From Prevotella sp. (GTDB lineage: Bacteria > Bacteroidota > Bacteroidia > Bacteroidales > Bacteroidaceae), in the NCBI GenBank assembly GCA_036743855.1, contig DAINOS010000001.1:1-44300 (forward strand): DNA of 44,300 bases, written 5' to 3'. The notes below the pieces were generated by a model. It saw only the letters and a list, made by a program, of their open reading frames with translations. It ran no database searches and had not been told where the DNA came from. Position 1 is the first letter of the stretch. Every line of letters begins with the position of its first letter. The position numbers and the translations under genes were made by a program. Below are positions 27,501 through 37,250 of the stretch, piece after piece.

Positions 27501-28638
27501 CAGCATAACCGTGGCGGATAACGGTTACGGAATTTCCCAAGAGGCTCTTCCTCATATTTTTGACAGGTACTATCAGGAGAAGGGCAAACATCAAGCTTCA
27601 GGCACAGGCATAGGACTCGCGCTTGTCAAGTCGCTTGTGACGCTGCATAAGGCCACGATAAATGTAGAGAGCAAGCCTGGCGAAGGCACTAAGTTTGTAA
27701 TCCGACTTGGCAAGGCAAACATATATCCTGAAGCAATTCATAAGCCTCTTGAAAGCAACAAGAATGGAATGCTGATGGCAACTCATACTAAACAGAATGA
27801 TGCAAAACGTGAGAACAATGAAAAGCCATCGCTGCTTGTCGTTGAAGACAATGATGACATAAGAAATTATATAGTAAAAGAACTGGGAGACTCATTTAGG
27901 GTGCTGAGCGCGAACAACGGGCTTGATGCTTGGAATATGGTACAAGATTCTGTACCGGACTTTGTGGTGAGCGACATAATGATGCCAGAAATGGACGGTA
28001 TTGAATTATGTCGGCGCTTAAAGGGAGACATCAACACAAGTCACGTGCCAGTAATTTTACTCACTGCAAAAGATAGCATAGAAGACAAAGAAGAAGGTTA
28101 CCGTTGCGGCGCTGATTCTTACATAACAAAACCATTTAGCGCGAAAATGCTAAAAGCGCGCATAATCAACCTTCAAGAAGCGAGACATCGTATAGTGAGC
28201 AGCATTGTAGCAGGCAACATTGCCATTGCTGAAAAAGTAACAGGAATTAAAAAAGAAACAATTACAAAAAAGGAAGAATACTGTGACAAACTGACCAACA
28301 TAGACCGTAAGTTCATAAAGGACTTCACAAATCTTGCAGCTGAGAACATGTCAAATTCTGAACTCGACATGTCTTTCTTCACAGATCACTTGAACATGAG
28401 CTATTCTTCGTTCTATCGCAAGGTAAAAGCACTGTGCGGTGTGACTCCTGTTGACTTTTTACGGCAAATGCGAATCAAGCGCAGCGCAGAACTTCTTAGA
28501 ACAGGCAATTTTAAAATAACAGAAGTGGCAGAAATGTGCGGCTTTGACAACATCGGGTATTTTCGTAAATGTTTCAAGGAAGAATATAATACAGCACCTT
28601 CAGAATATGCGAAAAAGGATGGAATAATAAAAGGATAA
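24571..28638 (+). CDS. Hybrid two-component system (beta-propeller sensor, Y_Y_Y, HisKA/HATPase, REC, AraC HTH)
   Basis: Repeated GxxWxGTxxGL propeller motifs, PPWWATWW TM, FFTNIAHELRTPLTL, GTGIGLALVK, LLVVEDN..SDIMMPEMDG, ITEVAEMCGFDNIGYFRKCFK. Confidence 0.96.
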   Translation: MTLKYLLRTFFLVVATLGVVYPSRANEYGNVSNLSIADGLSNDFVLDMASDGYGFVWAGTKNGLNKITGYGVLKYTDKNSHLVNNTINALCFEKSNNMMWVGTLNGISIVDCATGQMSTLDTSNGLAQNAIIDIKPAADGGLWILYMNKGVQYYDVAHKRLKPQTRCILKTLRLTSHCCMDNGAGQLYIGHNGFGMSIVDLKSHSVERFRHKKGDAESLPSDNVREIVSDTYGNVWVGTSNGLAIFDPLSRKFHRIENPLIGDNIYSLCTTTDGRILAACNLDGVSVVDSRNVDHWRLAPTSVSKMEIGNAAFNAARAVLNDRYGNIWIGSYGTGITFVNPRPAVFNVLPAITNAKGNVCHVYGITACRNGGLWLGSDSGLSLYRDSKIVGQWQFAGILHRASAFVYVMYEDHLGNVWIGLDDEGVVVFNPLTHTFKRIDISTRALDIHAFQELPDGGMIIGSEIGAYLYKDGNVKFLRQLTSRLPSPTIYGLVVDCLGRLWIGMDGGGVAIFSKSGKRLAVLNESNGLPSARVNQLFVAKDKSVWIATSNGLCHVPYVGKPNDIEVFDNAQGLTDPYVMSITQDSNGQIWLGTFTNIACFDKASRTFAVYDFNVGVTAGGFVEGSAALTTDGYVYFGSPKGVCQVNTQYLRMQRRASKIYVVGCETVAADTRHLVPLFPKDGTYRLPYDASTIRVAFSVADYGERGKVEYAYCMESLDDKWVFTDGDDEVAFRNLRPGRYTFKVKASYIGGKPSDSNIAKIDIVVSPPWWATWWMMIIYAFAIAAIVYGIAQVYKRRLKLVNALKLRDATLAMERDNRHKEKEMSENRLRFFTNIAHELRTPLTLVIGPVDDLRNADDMPKSYKQKLEIIYQNAVRLLEQINRLMEFRKTETGNYTLSVSKGDICETVRNVGLRFVESQANSKVKLSIIVPEERVDLYYDKEAITHILDNLMSNAFKYTPAGGQVWLTVTADNTNVSITVADNGYGISQEALPHIFDRYYQEKGKHQASGTGIGLALVKSLVTLHKATINVESKPGEGTKFVIRLGKANIYPEAIHKPLESNKNGMLMATHTKQNDAKRENNEKPSLLVVEDNDDIRNYIVKELGDSFRVLSANNGLDAWNMVQDSVPDFVVSDIMMPEMDGIELCRRLKGDINTSHVPVILLTAKDSIEDKEEGYRCGADSYITKPFSAKMLKARIINLQEARHRIVSSIVAGNIAIAEKVTGIKKETITKKEEYCDKLTNIDRKFIKDFTNLAAENMSNSELDMSFFTDHLNMSYSSFYRKVKALCGVTPVDFLRQMRIKRSAELLRTGNFKITEVAEMCGFDNIGYFRKCFKEEYNTAPSEYAKKDGIIKG

Positions 28639-28662
28639 CAACAAAGCAAGAAATTAGAATAA

Positions 28663-28696
28663 AAAATCTCCAACCACAAAAGTGATTGGAGATTTT
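28663..28696. terminator. Bidirectional intrinsic terminator between HTCS and rplQ
   Basis: aaaatctccaaccac-aaaa-gtgattggagatttt hairpin with A/T tracts at both ends, between convergent genes. Confidence 0.85.
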
Positions 28697-28720
28697 CTAT
28701 ATAACGACAAAAAGTCTAAA

Positions 28721-29227
28721 TTATTCAGCCTTTGGAGCTTCCTCAGCAGGAGTCTCAGCCTTTTCTTCCTCAGCCTTAGGAGCCTCAGTAGCTGTTGCTT
28801 CAGCCTTCTTTGTGCTGCGACGGCTACGGCGTGTCTTCTTCTCAGCCTTTGGAGTCTTGGCCATGTTCTCATCGAAATCAACGAGTTCGATGAAGCACAT
28901 AGAAGCAGCATCACTTGGACGAACGCCAAGTTTAATGATACGTGTATAGCCACCAGGACGGTCAGCTACACGTGCTGCGATCTCTCCGAAGAGCTCCTTG
29001 ACAGCATAGCTCTTCTGAAGATAACGGAAGACAACACGACGTGAAGACGTAGTATCAGTCTTAGAGCGAGTAATCAGGGGCTCTACGTATTTCTTAAGAG
29101 CCTTGGCCTTTGCGAGAGTCGTAGTGATTCTTTTGTGCATGATAAGGCTTGTTGCCATGTTGGCAAGCATACTGGCCCTATGAGATGCAGTACGACTCAG
29201 ATGGTTGAACTTTTTATTGTGTCTCAT
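28721..29227 (-). CDS. rplQ: 50S ribosomal protein L17
   Basis: [29 protein letters not shown]; Ala/Glu/Lys-rich tail. Confidence 0.98.
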   Translation of the reverse strand: MRHNKKFNHLSRTASHRASMLANMATSLIMHKRITTTLAKAKALKKYVEPLITRSKTDTTSSRRVVFRYLQKSYAVKELFGEIAARVADRPGGYTRIIKLGVRPSDAASMCFIELVDFDENMAKTPKAEKKTRRSRRSTKKAEATATEAPKAEEEKAETPAEEAPKAE

Positions 29228-29272
29228 TTTGTTTTAATGCTTAATTGGACAGTTGAACAGTGACCCGCGGGT

Positions 29273-30265
29273 TTATTCCTTATCCAGTTTATACTTTGAA
29301 ATATCCATTCCAAACGACAGATTCAGACTCAAGAGCAAATCATCAAGCTCAGAGAGCGATTTCTTACCGAAGTTACGGAACTTAAGGAGGTCTGTCTTCT
29401 GATACTGCACAAGATCAGCAAGAGTAGATACATCGGCAGCCTTAAGACAATTGAGCGCACGGACACTCAAATTGAGGTCAGAGAGCTTAGTCTTAAGCAA
29501 CTGGCGCATATGAAGAACCTCCTCGTCAAACTCCTCATTGCCTTCCTTGTCTGTATTCTCCAGGGTAATCTTCTCATCGGAGAAACAAAGGAGATGGAAA
29601 ATGAGAATCTTTGCTGCTTCCTTTAATGCATCCTTCGGGTGAATGGATCCATCCGTTGTAACCTCAATGATGAGATTATCGTAGTCGGTCTTTTGCTCGA
29701 CACGTGTAGGCTCAACACTGTATCGCACATTACGGATGGGAGTGTAGATAGAATCGATGGGAAGTACGTTGACATCGGTGCAGAACTGACGGTTCTCATC
29801 AGCAGGGACGTATCCACGCCCCTTGTTGATTGTGAGATCCATCTGGAACGATGCCTTAGAATCTAAATGACAAATCACCAAATCAGGGTTTAACACTTCA
29901 AATCCAGTCAGATACTTACCGATATCACCTGCCTTGAACTCCGTGGAATCCTCCACGGAAATGCTAACTTTCTCGTTCTCGAAATCGTCTACTACTTGTT
30001 TGAACCGTACTTGTTTCAGATTCAAAATGATATTGGTAACATCCTCCTTCACACCGGGAACGGTGGCGAACTCATGCTCAACACCGCTTATACGAACTGT
30101 GTTGATGGCATAACCTTCAAGCGAAGAAAGAAGGACGCGGCGAAGAGAGTTACCAATGGTAACACCAAAGCCAGGCTCGAGAGGGCGGAACTCAAACTTT
30201 CCGTAGTGGTCGTTGGCCTCCAACATCACAACTTTATCAGGTTTTTGAAATGCTAATATCGCCAT
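29273..30265 (-). CDS. rpoA: RNA polymerase alpha subunit
   Basis: [39 protein letters not shown]. Confidence 0.99.
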   Translation of the reverse strand: MAILAFQKPDKVVMLEANDHYGKFEFRPLEPGFGVTIGNSLRRVLLSSLEGYAINTVRISGVEHEFATVPGVKEDVTNIILNLKQVRFKQVVDDFENEKVSISVEDSTEFKAGDIGKYLTGFEVLNPDLVICHLDSKASFQMDLTINKGRGYVPADENRQFCTDVNVLPIDSIYTPIRNVRYSVEPTRVEQKTDYDNLIIEVTTDGSIHPKDALKEAAKILIFHLLCFSDEKITLENTDKEGNEEFDEEVLHMRQLLKTKLSDLNLSVRALNCLKAADVSTLADLVQYQKTDLLKFRNFGKKSLSELDDLLLSLNLSFGMDISKYKLDKE

Positions 30266-30283
30266 TAATTCAATGATTTTTAT

Positions 30284-30889
30284 TTATTTCGAGTACAACT
30301 CAACGATTAACTGCTCCTTGATATTCTCAGGGATGTCAGCACGCTCAGGCACGTGAAGATACTTGCCGCTCTTGCTATTCTGATCCCACTCGATCCAAGG
30401 ATACTTACTGTGGTTGAAACCAGCAAGCGCGTTGTCGATAACCTCAAGTGACTTTGCCTTCTCACGCACACCGACAACCTGGCCTGGCTTAACTGAGAAA
30501 GAAGGAATGCTGACGACCTTACCATCAACAGTAATGTGTTTGTGGTTAACCAACTGACGGGCTGCAGCTCTTGTAGGAGCTATGCCGAGACGGAAAACTA
30601 CGTTGTCCAAACGGCTCTCCAACAACTGAAGAAGAACTTCACCAGTCTTACCGTCAGCCTTTGCAGCCTTGTCAAACAGGTTGTGGAACTGACGCTCCAA
30701 CACGCCATAAGTATACTTGGCTTTCTGCTTCTCAGCAAGCTGCTGACCATACTCTGATGTCTTGCGGCGACGGTCGTTGCCATGCTGCCCTGGAGGGAAG
30801 TTGCGCTTAGACAGTACCTTATCTGCACCAAAGATGGGCTCACCAAAACGGCGTGCGATACGAGATTTAGGACCTATATATCTTGCCAT
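30284..30889 (-). CDS. rpsD: 30S ribosomal protein S4
   Basis: [31 protein letters not shown]. Confidence 0.99.
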   Translation of the reverse strand: MARYIGPKSRIARRFGEPIFGADKVLSKRNFPPGQHGNDRRRKTSEYGQQLAEKQKAKYTYGVLERQFHNLFDKAAKADGKTGEVLLQLLESRLDNVVFRLGIAPTRAAARQLVNHKHITVDGKVVSIPSFSVKPGQVVGVREKAKSLEVIDNALAGFNHSKYPWIEWDQNSKSGKYLHVPERADIPENIKEQLIVELYSK

Positions 30890-30936
30890 AATTTAAATGC
30901 TTTTCTTATTGTATCTAAAGATGTTAGGGGTTCTTA

Positions 30937-31329
30937 TTATACACGACGACGCTTAGGAGGACGGCATCCGTTGTGTGGCAACGGTGTCACGTCAACGATC
31001 TCCGTAACCTCGATACCTGCGCCATGGATAGCACGAATAGCGCTCTCACGGCCATTGCCTGGACCCTTCACATAAGCCTTCACCTTGCGAAGACCAAGAG
31101 AGAAGGCCACTTTAGCGCAATCCTCTGCTGCCATCTGTGCAGCATAAGGAGTATTCTTCTTTGAACCGCGGAAACCCATCTTACCAGCTGAAGACCAGGA
31201 AATAACCTGACCATCGTTGTTGGCAAGAGACACAATAATGTTGTTAAAGCTACTGTGAACATGGAGCTGACCTGTAGCCTCAACACGGACATTTCTTTTC
31301 TTAGATGTTGCTTTCTGTTGTTTTGCCAT
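30937..31329 (-). CDS. rpsK: 30S ribosomal protein S11
   Basis: [36 protein letters not shown]. Confidence 0.99.
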   Translation of the reverse strand: MAKQQKATSKKRNVRVEATGQLHVHSSFNNIIVSLANNDGQVISWSSAGKMGFRGSKKNTPYAAQMAAEDCAKVAFSLGLRKVKAYVKGPGNGRESAIRAIHGAGIEVTEIVDVTPLPHNGCRPPKRRRV

Positions 31330-31348
31330 AATTAAGTTCCTCCATTAA

Positions 31349-31729
31349 TTACTTAGTAGCCTTCTTCTTGTTTGCAACAGTCTTCTTCTTACCCTTACGT
31401 GTACGGGCATTGTTCTTGGTGCTCTGACCACGAACAGGAAGGCCATTACGATGACGGACACCACGGTAGCAACCAATATCCATCAGACGCTTGATGTTCA
31501 TCTGAATCTCTGAACGGAGGTCACCCTCCACTTTGAATTCAGCGCCGATAATCTCACGGATCTTGGCTGCCTGATCGTCAGTCCACTCGCTGACCTTCAG
31601 GTCACGGCTCACGCCTGCCTTATCCAATATCTTTGCTGAACTACTTCGACCTATACCATAGATATAGGTCAATGCGATCTCGCCACGCTTATTCTGGGGC
31701 AAGTCTACTCCAACAATTCGTATTGCCAT
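31349..31729 (-). CDS. rpsM: 30S ribosomal protein S13 (true start 31729)
   Basis: [39 protein letters not shown]. Confidence 0.98.
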   Translation of the reverse strand: MAIRIVGVDLPQNKRGEIALTYIYGIGRSSSAKILDKAGVSRDLKVSEWTDDQAAKIREIIGAEFKVEGDLRSEIQMNIKRLMDIGCYRGVRHRNGLPVRGQSTKNNARTRKGKKKTVANKKKATK

Positions 31730-31799
31730 TAGTTGAAATAAATTGAATAAAAACTTAACTTTGTGTGTAAATAACGCGTTGTTTTTGCTTAAAAGCGTA

Positions 31800-31807
31800 C
31801 AAAAGTA
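31800..31807 (-). promoter_or_regulatory. Internal -7 element (TACTTTTG) for the alpha operon (rpsM-rplQ)
   Basis: TAnnTTTG in the 134-bp rpmJ-rpsM spacer. Confidence 0.6.
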
Positions 31808-31863
31808 ATAAGAAAACTTCAAACAGCTTTCTCATTACCCATAACTTTACGCAATTTTAACGT

Positions 31864-31980
31864 TTAGCCCTGACGCTGCTTCATCTTAGGGTTCTTCTTG
31901 TTGATGACAAACAGGCGACCCTTACGACGAACGATCTTGCAGTCGGCTGAACGCTTCTTGATGGATGTTCTTGTCTTCAT
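31864..31980 (-). CDS. rpmJ: 50S ribosomal protein L36 (zinc-ribbon-less type)
   Basis: Not in ORF track; manual translation [38 protein letters not shown]. Confidence 0.97.
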   Translation of the reverse strand: MKTRTSIKKRSADCKIVRRKGRLFVINKKNPKMKQRQG

Positions 31981-32005
31981 ACTTGTAAGTATAAAATATA
32001 TTGTT

Positions 32006-32224
32006 CTATTTATATCTGAACTCTATCCTTCCCTTAGTGAGGTCGTAAGGGCTCATCGCTACCTTGACCTTGTCACCTGGGAGTATCTTAATGTAATGCA
32101 GACGCATCTTACCCGAGATGTTGGCGATGATTTGTACTCCATTCTCAAGCTCTACGCGAAACATTGCGTTGGACAAGCTCTCAATTACTGTGCCGTCCTG
32201 CTCTATTGCTGACTGTTTTGACAT
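32006..32224 (-). CDS. infA: Translation initiation factor IF-1
   Basis: [40 protein letters not shown]. Confidence 0.99.
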   Translation of the reverse strand: MSKQSAIEQDGTVIESLSNAMFRVELENGVQIIANISGKMRLHYIKILPGDKVKVAMSPYDLTKGRIEFRYK

Positions 32225-32379
32225 AAATTTATTTAACCTTTATCAATGTTCCAAAGAAAAGTGAATACGTCGAGATGTTATATCACTCAACCTTGAATGG
32301 CTCTCCATCAGGATTCCAATGGAGAGCCAATCCTGTTTATCATTCATCCGCCTCTGGAAGCATATATCCAAAGACCATA

Positions 32380-33720
32380 TTAATATGCACTTACAGCGCC
32401 AGCCTTACGAGTGTGACCGGAATTCAATAGTCCATCATAGTGACGCATCAAGAGATAAGACTCTATCTGCTGCAAAGTGTCGATAACAACACCCACTGTG
32501 ATGAGGAGCGATGTGCCTCCAAAGAACTGAGAGAACGCCTGTTGCACGTTAAGCAAGCCTGCCAATGCCGGCATGATAGCTATGAAAGCAATGAACAGAG
32601 AACCTGGGAAAGTGATACGTGACATTACCGTGTCAATGTATTCGGCAGTGTCATGACCAGGCTTAATCCCGGGAATGAAACCATTGTTGCGTTTCATATC
32701 CTCTGCCATCTGCTGAGGATTCAGCGTGATAGCAGTATAGAAATAGGTGAAAGCAACAATCAAGATAACGTAAACAATGTTGTAGACAAGGCTGCGATTA
32801 TCCATCAAGTTACGCACCAACCAGCTTGACTCACTACTCTGATACTGAACGATTGCCAATGGTATGAACATCAATGCCTGAGCAAAGATGATAGGCATAA
32901 CGTTGGCAGCGAAAAGTTTCAGCGGGATATACTGACGGGCACCACCCACTTGCTTGTTGCCGACAAGACGCTTCGCATACTGAACAGGCACTTTACGAGT
33001 GCCTTGTGTCAAAAGTATTGAAGCGCAAATGACAGCATAGAGAATTAGAATCTCGGCGATAAACATCACAAGACCACCACCCGAAATGGCAGTGAATCTT
33101 GAGCTAAGCTCCTGAACGAAAGCCTGTGGAAGCCTTGCGATGATACCAATCATAATGACCAATGAGATTCCATTTCCGACTCCCTTGTCAGTGATACGCT
33201 CACCCAACCAAAGAATGAACATAGAGCCTGCCGCAAGGATGATAGTTGCCGGAATCATGAACACACTCCAAGATATGCCACTGGCGAGAGCCGAGCTGGC
33301 CTGCATCTTGAGGTTGATAAGGTAACTCGGTGCCTGGAACAGCAGAATTGCTACCGTCAACACACGAGTGTACCATTGTATCTTCTTCCGGCCGCTCTCA
33401 CCCTCTCGCTGCATCTTCTGGAAATAAGGCACAGCGACGGCAAGAAGCTGCATGACAATGGAAGCTGAGATGTAAGGCATAATTCCAAGCGCGAAAATAG
33501 AGGCGTTGGAAAATGCTCCACCAGAGAACATGTCCAGCAGTGACATCAAGCCACCCTTAGTTTGCGACTGAAGTTGGTCAAGCTTGGCGGGATCAATACC
33601 CGGAAGCACAACGAATGATCCAAAACGGTAGATAGCCGTAAACAGGAAAGTGACGAGAAGCCTCTGGCGAAGATCCTCGACCCTCCAACAGTTCTTTAGT
33701 GTCTCAATTAGCTTTTTCAT
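32380..33720 (-). CDS. secY: Preprotein translocase SecY
   Basis: SIFALGIMPYISASI, WLGERITDKGVGNGISL, FIPGIKPG, FGGTSLLI. Confidence 0.99.
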   Translation of the reverse strand: MKKLIETLKNCWRVEDLRQRLLVTFLFTAIYRFGSFVVLPGIDPAKLDQLQSQTKGGLMSLLDMFSGGAFSNASIFALGIMPYISASIVMQLLAVAVPYFQKMQREGESGRKKIQWYTRVLTVAILLFQAPSYLINLKMQASSALASGISWSVFMIPATIILAAGSMFILWLGERITDKGVGNGISLVIMIGIIARLPQAFVQELSSRFTAISGGGLVMFIAEILILYAVICASILLTQGTRKVPVQYAKRLVGNKQVGGARQYIPLKLFAANVMPIIFAQALMFIPLAIVQYQSSESSWLVRNLMDNRSLVYNIVYVILIVAFTYFYTAITLNPQQMAEDMKRNNGFIPGIKPGHDTAEYIDTVMSRITFPGSLFIAFIAIMPALAGLLNVQQAFSQFFGGTSLLITVGVVIDTLQQIESYLLMRHYDGLLNSGHTRKAGAVSAY

Positions 33721-33722
33721 TA

Positions 33723-34169
33723 TTAAATTTTTGTTGCATTACCACCAACTGCCTTGATAGCTTCCTCAGCAGTCTTAGAGAAGGCGTTGGCTTCAACGTC
33801 AACCTTAGCTTTAAGCTCACCCTTGCCAAGGATCTTGACAAGCTCCTTGCCATTGGTAAGACCAGCGGCCACAAGCTCCTCGATACCAATCTTGGTGAGG
33901 TTTTTCTCCTCGGCGAGCTTCTGAAGGGTTGAGAGGTTCACAGCGAAGTACTCTTTGTGGTTGATGTTCTTGAAACCAGCCTTAGGAACGCGACGCTGCA
34001 AAGGCATCTGACCACCTTCGAAACCAATCTTTCTCTTGTAACCGGAACGAGCCTTGGCACCCTTGTGACCACGCGTAGAAGTACCACCCAGTCCAGAACC
34101 TGGACCACGGCCAATACGACGACGTGAGTGAGTAGAGCCGGCAGCCGGCTTCAATGTATGTAATTTCAT
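33723..34169 (-). CDS. rplO: 50S ribosomal protein L15
   Basis: RIGRGPGSGLGGTSTRGHKG, GFEGGQMPLQRRVPK. Confidence 0.99.
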   Translation of the reverse strand: MKLHTLKPAAGSTHSRRRIGRGPGSGLGGTSTRGHKGAKARSGYKRKIGFEGGQMPLQRRVPKAGFKNINHKEYFAVNLSTLQKLAEEKNLTKIGIEELVAAGLTNGKELVKILGKGELKAKVDVEANAFSKTAEEAIKAVGGNATKI

Positions 34170-34193
34170 GATTACGTCTGATTTTAAATGTTA

Positions 34194-34370
34194 TTACTTA
34201 ACGATCTCAACGAGATGGTGCACTTTACGAACCATGCCCATATTGCTGGGAGTATCCTCAACCTCAACAACTTGAGAAATCTTGTGAAGGCCAAGGGCGA
34301 GAAGAGTTCTCTTTTGGTCTACAGGAGCGCCGATACGGCTCTTGATTTGCTTAATTTTGATTGTTGCCAT
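34194..34370 (-). CDS. rpmD: 50S ribosomal protein L30
   Basis: Not in ORF track; manual translation MATIKIKQIKSRIGAPVDQKRTLLALGLHKISQVVEVEDTPSNMGMVRKVHHLVEIVK*. Confidence 0.97.
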   Translation of the reverse strand: MATIKIKQIKSRIGAPVDQKRTLLALGLHKISQVVEVEDTPSNMGMVRKVHHLVEIVK

Positions 34371-34384
34371 TGTTTATAATCCCA

Positions 34385-34897
34385 TTAACCGTTAAACACT
34401 TTGTCCATGGCGATACCACGCTCACCGGCTACAGTGTAAGCGTCACGCATCTGAGAGAGCGCGAGCACCGTTGCTTTCACCAGGTTGTGGGCGTTGGATG
34501 AGCCCTTAGACTTTGCAATCACATCCGAGATGCCAGCGCTCTCAAGTACGGCACGCATGGCACCACCGGCCTTAAGACCAGTACCAGCTGCAGCGGGCTT
34601 CAAGAGAACACGAGCACCGCCAAACTTCACCTCCATCTCGTGAGGAACAGTGCCATTGAGCACAGGAACCTTGAAGAGGTTTTTCTTGGCAGCGTCTGTG
34701 CCCTTCTGGATAGCGGCGGTAACCTCACCAGCCTTGCCCAGACCATATCCGATAACACCGTTGCCATCACCGACTACGACAATGGCTGCGAATGTAAAGG
34801 TACGACCACCCTTGGTAACTTTCGTCACACGGTTGATAGCAACCAGGCGGTCCTTCAATTCAGCGTCACTATTAACTCTTACTTTATTCATTGCCAT
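34385..34897 (-). CDS. rpsE: 30S ribosomal protein S5
   Basis: [27 protein letters not shown]. Confidence 0.99.
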   Translation of the reverse strand: MAMNKVRVNSDAELKDRLVAINRVTKVTKGGRTFTFAAIVVVGDGNGVIGYGLGKAGEVTAAIQKGTDAAKKNLFKVPVLNGTVPHEMEVKFGGARVLLKPAAAGTGLKAGGAMRAVLESAGISDVIAKSKGSSNAHNLVKATVLALSQMRDAYTVAGERGIAMDKVFNG

Positions 34898-34903
34898 AAT
34901 CGA

Positions 34904-35248
34904 TTAGAAATTAAGTCCACCCTTACGAGCAGCGTCAGCAAGAGCCTGAACGCGGCCATGATAGAGATAGCCATTACGGTCAAAAACCACTTTCTCGACA
35001 CCAGCGGCCTTAGCCTTCTCAGCCAAAGCCTCGCCGACCTTCTCTGCCTGCTGAACCTTAGGAAGCTTCTCCAGGCCTAAAGAAGATGCGGAAGCCAAAG
35101 TCTTGCCCTCAATGTCGTTAATAACTTGTGCGTAAATCTGCTTGTTGGAGCGGAACACAGTAAGACGGGGACGCTCAGCTGTTCCCTTGACGTTCTTGCG
35201 AATGCGGAACTTTATCTTGATTCGTCTTTCTACTTTCTTTGTTGTCAT
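34904..35248 (-). CDS. rplR: 50S ribosomal protein L18
   Basis: [29 protein letters not shown]. Confidence 0.99.
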   Translation of the reverse strand: MTTKKVERRIKIKFRIRKNVKGTAERPRLTVFRSNKQIYAQVINDIEGKTLASASSLGLEKLPKVQQAEKVGEALAEKAKAAGVEKVVFDRNGYLYHGRVQALADAARKGGLNF

Positions 35249-35270
35249 GATTTCGTTGTCACTTTAAAAG

Positions 35271-35843
35271 TTACTTAGCTGCAGCTGTCTTACCAGACTT
35301 TCTGCGGATGACCTCACCCTTGAAGAGTATACCCTTACCCTTATAAGGCTCAGGCATGCGGAAAGAACGAATTTTAGCACAAATAAGACCAAGCAGCTGC
35401 TTGTCTGCGCTCTCCAGCATAATCTGTGGGTTCTGGTTGCGCTCAGACTTTGTCTCTACCTTAACCTCCTTAGGAAGCTGCAGGAAGATTGGGTGAGTGT
35501 AACCAAGAGAGAACTCAAGAAGATTTCCCTGGTTAGAAACACGATAACCGACACCGATAAGCTCAAGTTGCTTCTTGAAGCCCTCGCTCACGCCAACAAC
35601 CATGTTGTTGATCAAAGAACGATAAAGGCCATGGAAAGCCTGCTTCTGCTTGTAGTCCACAGGGCTGTTCTCATCAACCTCGAAGGTGATGTGACCATCT
35701 TCCTGAGACATCTTGATAGAAGGGTCAAGATACTGTGAAAGCTCACCCTTGGGACCCTTAACGGTAACAACGTTCTCCTTCGCATCGAAGTTAACAGTAA
35801 CTCCTGCGGGAACACTAATTGGCAATTTACCTATTCTTGACAT
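35271..35843 (-). CDS. rplF: 50S ribosomal protein L6
   Basis: MSRIGKLPI, VKGPKGEL, PEPYKGKGI. Confidence 0.99.
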   Translation of the reverse strand: MSRIGKLPISVPAGVTVNFDAKENVVTVKGPKGELSQYLDPSIKMSQEDGHITFEVDENSPVDYKQKQAFHGLYRSLINNMVVGVSEGFKKQLELIGVGYRVSNQGNLLEFSLGYTHPIFLQLPKEVKVETKSERNQNPQIMLESADKQLLGLICAKIRSFRMPEPYKGKGILFKGEVIRRKSGKTAAAK

Positions 35844-35858
35844 AACTTAAACCTCCAA

Positions 35859-36254
35859 TTAATAGACGTAGCAAAGGACCTCACCGCCAATCTTAAGGTC
35901 AGCGGCCTCCTTGTTTGTCATGACTCCCTTAGATGTAGACAGGATTGCGATACCCAGTCCGTTAATAACTCTCGGCATGTCCTTGTAACCGGTGTAACGG
36001 CGAAGGCCAGGTGTGGAAACGCGCTTCAAGCTCTTGATGGCGTTCTCCTTTGTTTGCGGATCATACTTCAAGGCGACCTTGATAGTGCCCTGAGGACCAT
36101 CCTCGACGAACTTGTAGTTCAGGATGTAACCCTTCTCGAAGAGAATCTTTGTGATAGATTTCTTCATGTTTGACGCAGGAACCTCAACCACGCGATGATG
36201 AGCCATGATTGCGTTTCTGAGCCGTGTCAGATAATCTGCTATTGGATCTGTCAT
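35859..36254 (-). CDS. rpsH: 30S ribosomal protein S8
   Basis: MTDPIADYLTRLRNA, GLGIAILSTSKGV, GGEVLCYVY. Confidence 0.99.
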   Translation of the reverse strand: MTDPIADYLTRLRNAIMAHHRVVEVPASNMKKSITKILFEKGYILNYKFVEDGPQGTIKVALKYDPQTKENAIKSLKRVSTPGLRRYTGYKDMPRVINGLGIAILSTSKGVMTNKEAADLKIGGEVLCYVY

Positions 36255-36386
36255 AAAATGAAAATGTTTAATTAATCGGGACTACCCCGACAATATTAAA
36301 TATGAGTGCCTCTTTAAAATCCTTAGGGTTGAGCGTCCCGATGACATTGATTAAGTATCGGGACGTCAACATAGGGATAGAGTGTT

Positions 36387-36689
36387 TTACCAGCTTGCCT
36401 TTGTCACGCCAGGAATCAAGCCCTGAGAAGCCATCTCACGGAACTGAATACGTGAAATACCGAACTGACGGATATATCCACGTGGACGACCTGTAATCTT
36501 GCAGCGGTTGTGCTGACGGATAGGGTCTGCGTTCTTTGGAATGGCCTGCAACTTACGTGCAGCCTCATAAGCCTCAGCGGGGTCGTTTGAAGTAGCGATA
36601 ATCTTCTTCAAGGCCGCGCGTTTCTCAGCATAGCGGGCTGCGAGCTTGGCACGCTTTACCTCGCGAGCCTTCATTGATTCTTTTGCCAT
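36387..36689 (-). CDS. rpsN: 30S ribosomal protein S14 (long, zinc-independent type)
   Basis: [30 protein letters not shown]. Confidence 0.99.
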   Translation of the reverse strand: MAKESMKAREVKRAKLAARYAEKRAALKKIIATSNDPAEAYEAARKLQAIPKNADPIRQHNRCKITGRPRGYIRQFGISRIQFREMASQGLIPGVTKASW

Positions 36690-36695
36690 ATCTCT

Positions 36696-37250
36696 TTAAT
36701 CGTTTTTAGCGTTTTTGAAAGGAAGACCGAATGCCTTAAGCAGAGCGAAGCCCTCCTCATCAGTAGTTGCTGATGTGACGAAAGTGATGTTCATACCCTG
36801 AAGGCGATCCACCTGGTCGATGTTGATCTCCGGGAAGATGATCTGCTCATCAATACCAAGAGTGTAGTTGCCGCGTCCGTCAAACTTGGAATTGATACCC
36901 TTGAAGTCACGGATACGAGGGAGAGCGATCTTAACGAGACGCTCAAGGAACTCGTACATGCGCTCACGGCGAAGTGTTACCATCACGCCGATAGGCATCT
37001 TCTTACGAAGCTTGAAGTTAGCGATATCCTTCTTTGAGTATGTAGCCACGGCTTTCTGACCTGTGATGGCAGTGAGCTCGTTGATGGATACATCAATGAT
37101 TTTCTTGTCCTGAGTGGCATCGCCAAGACCCATGTTGATGACGATCTTCTTCAAGGCAGGAATCTGCATGGCAGAAGAATAGTTGAACTGCTCTTTAAGA
37201 GCTGGGGCAATCTGCTCCTTATACTGTTTCTTAAACTGTGCTGTATCCAT
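36696..37250 (-). CDS. rplE: 50S ribosomal protein L5
   Basis: [29 protein letters not shown]. Confidence 0.99.
   Translation of the reverse strand: MDTAQFKKQYKEQIAPALKEQFNYSSAMQIPALKKIVINMGLGDATQDKKIIDVSINELTAITGQKAVATYSKKDIANFKLRKKMPIGVMVTLRRERMYEFLERLVKIALPRIRDFKGINSKFDGRGNYTLGIDEQIIFPEINIDQVDRLQGMNITFVTSATTDEEGFALLKAFGLPFKNAKND

Noticed and set aside
28721..28860. Low-complexity Ala/Glu/Lys tail of L17
   Set aside because: A common extension in Bacteroidota L17.
31864..36689. Zinc-ribbon-less L36 and S14 as zinc-starvation paralogs
   Set aside because: They sit at the canonical operon positions and are the usual forms in Bacteroidota.
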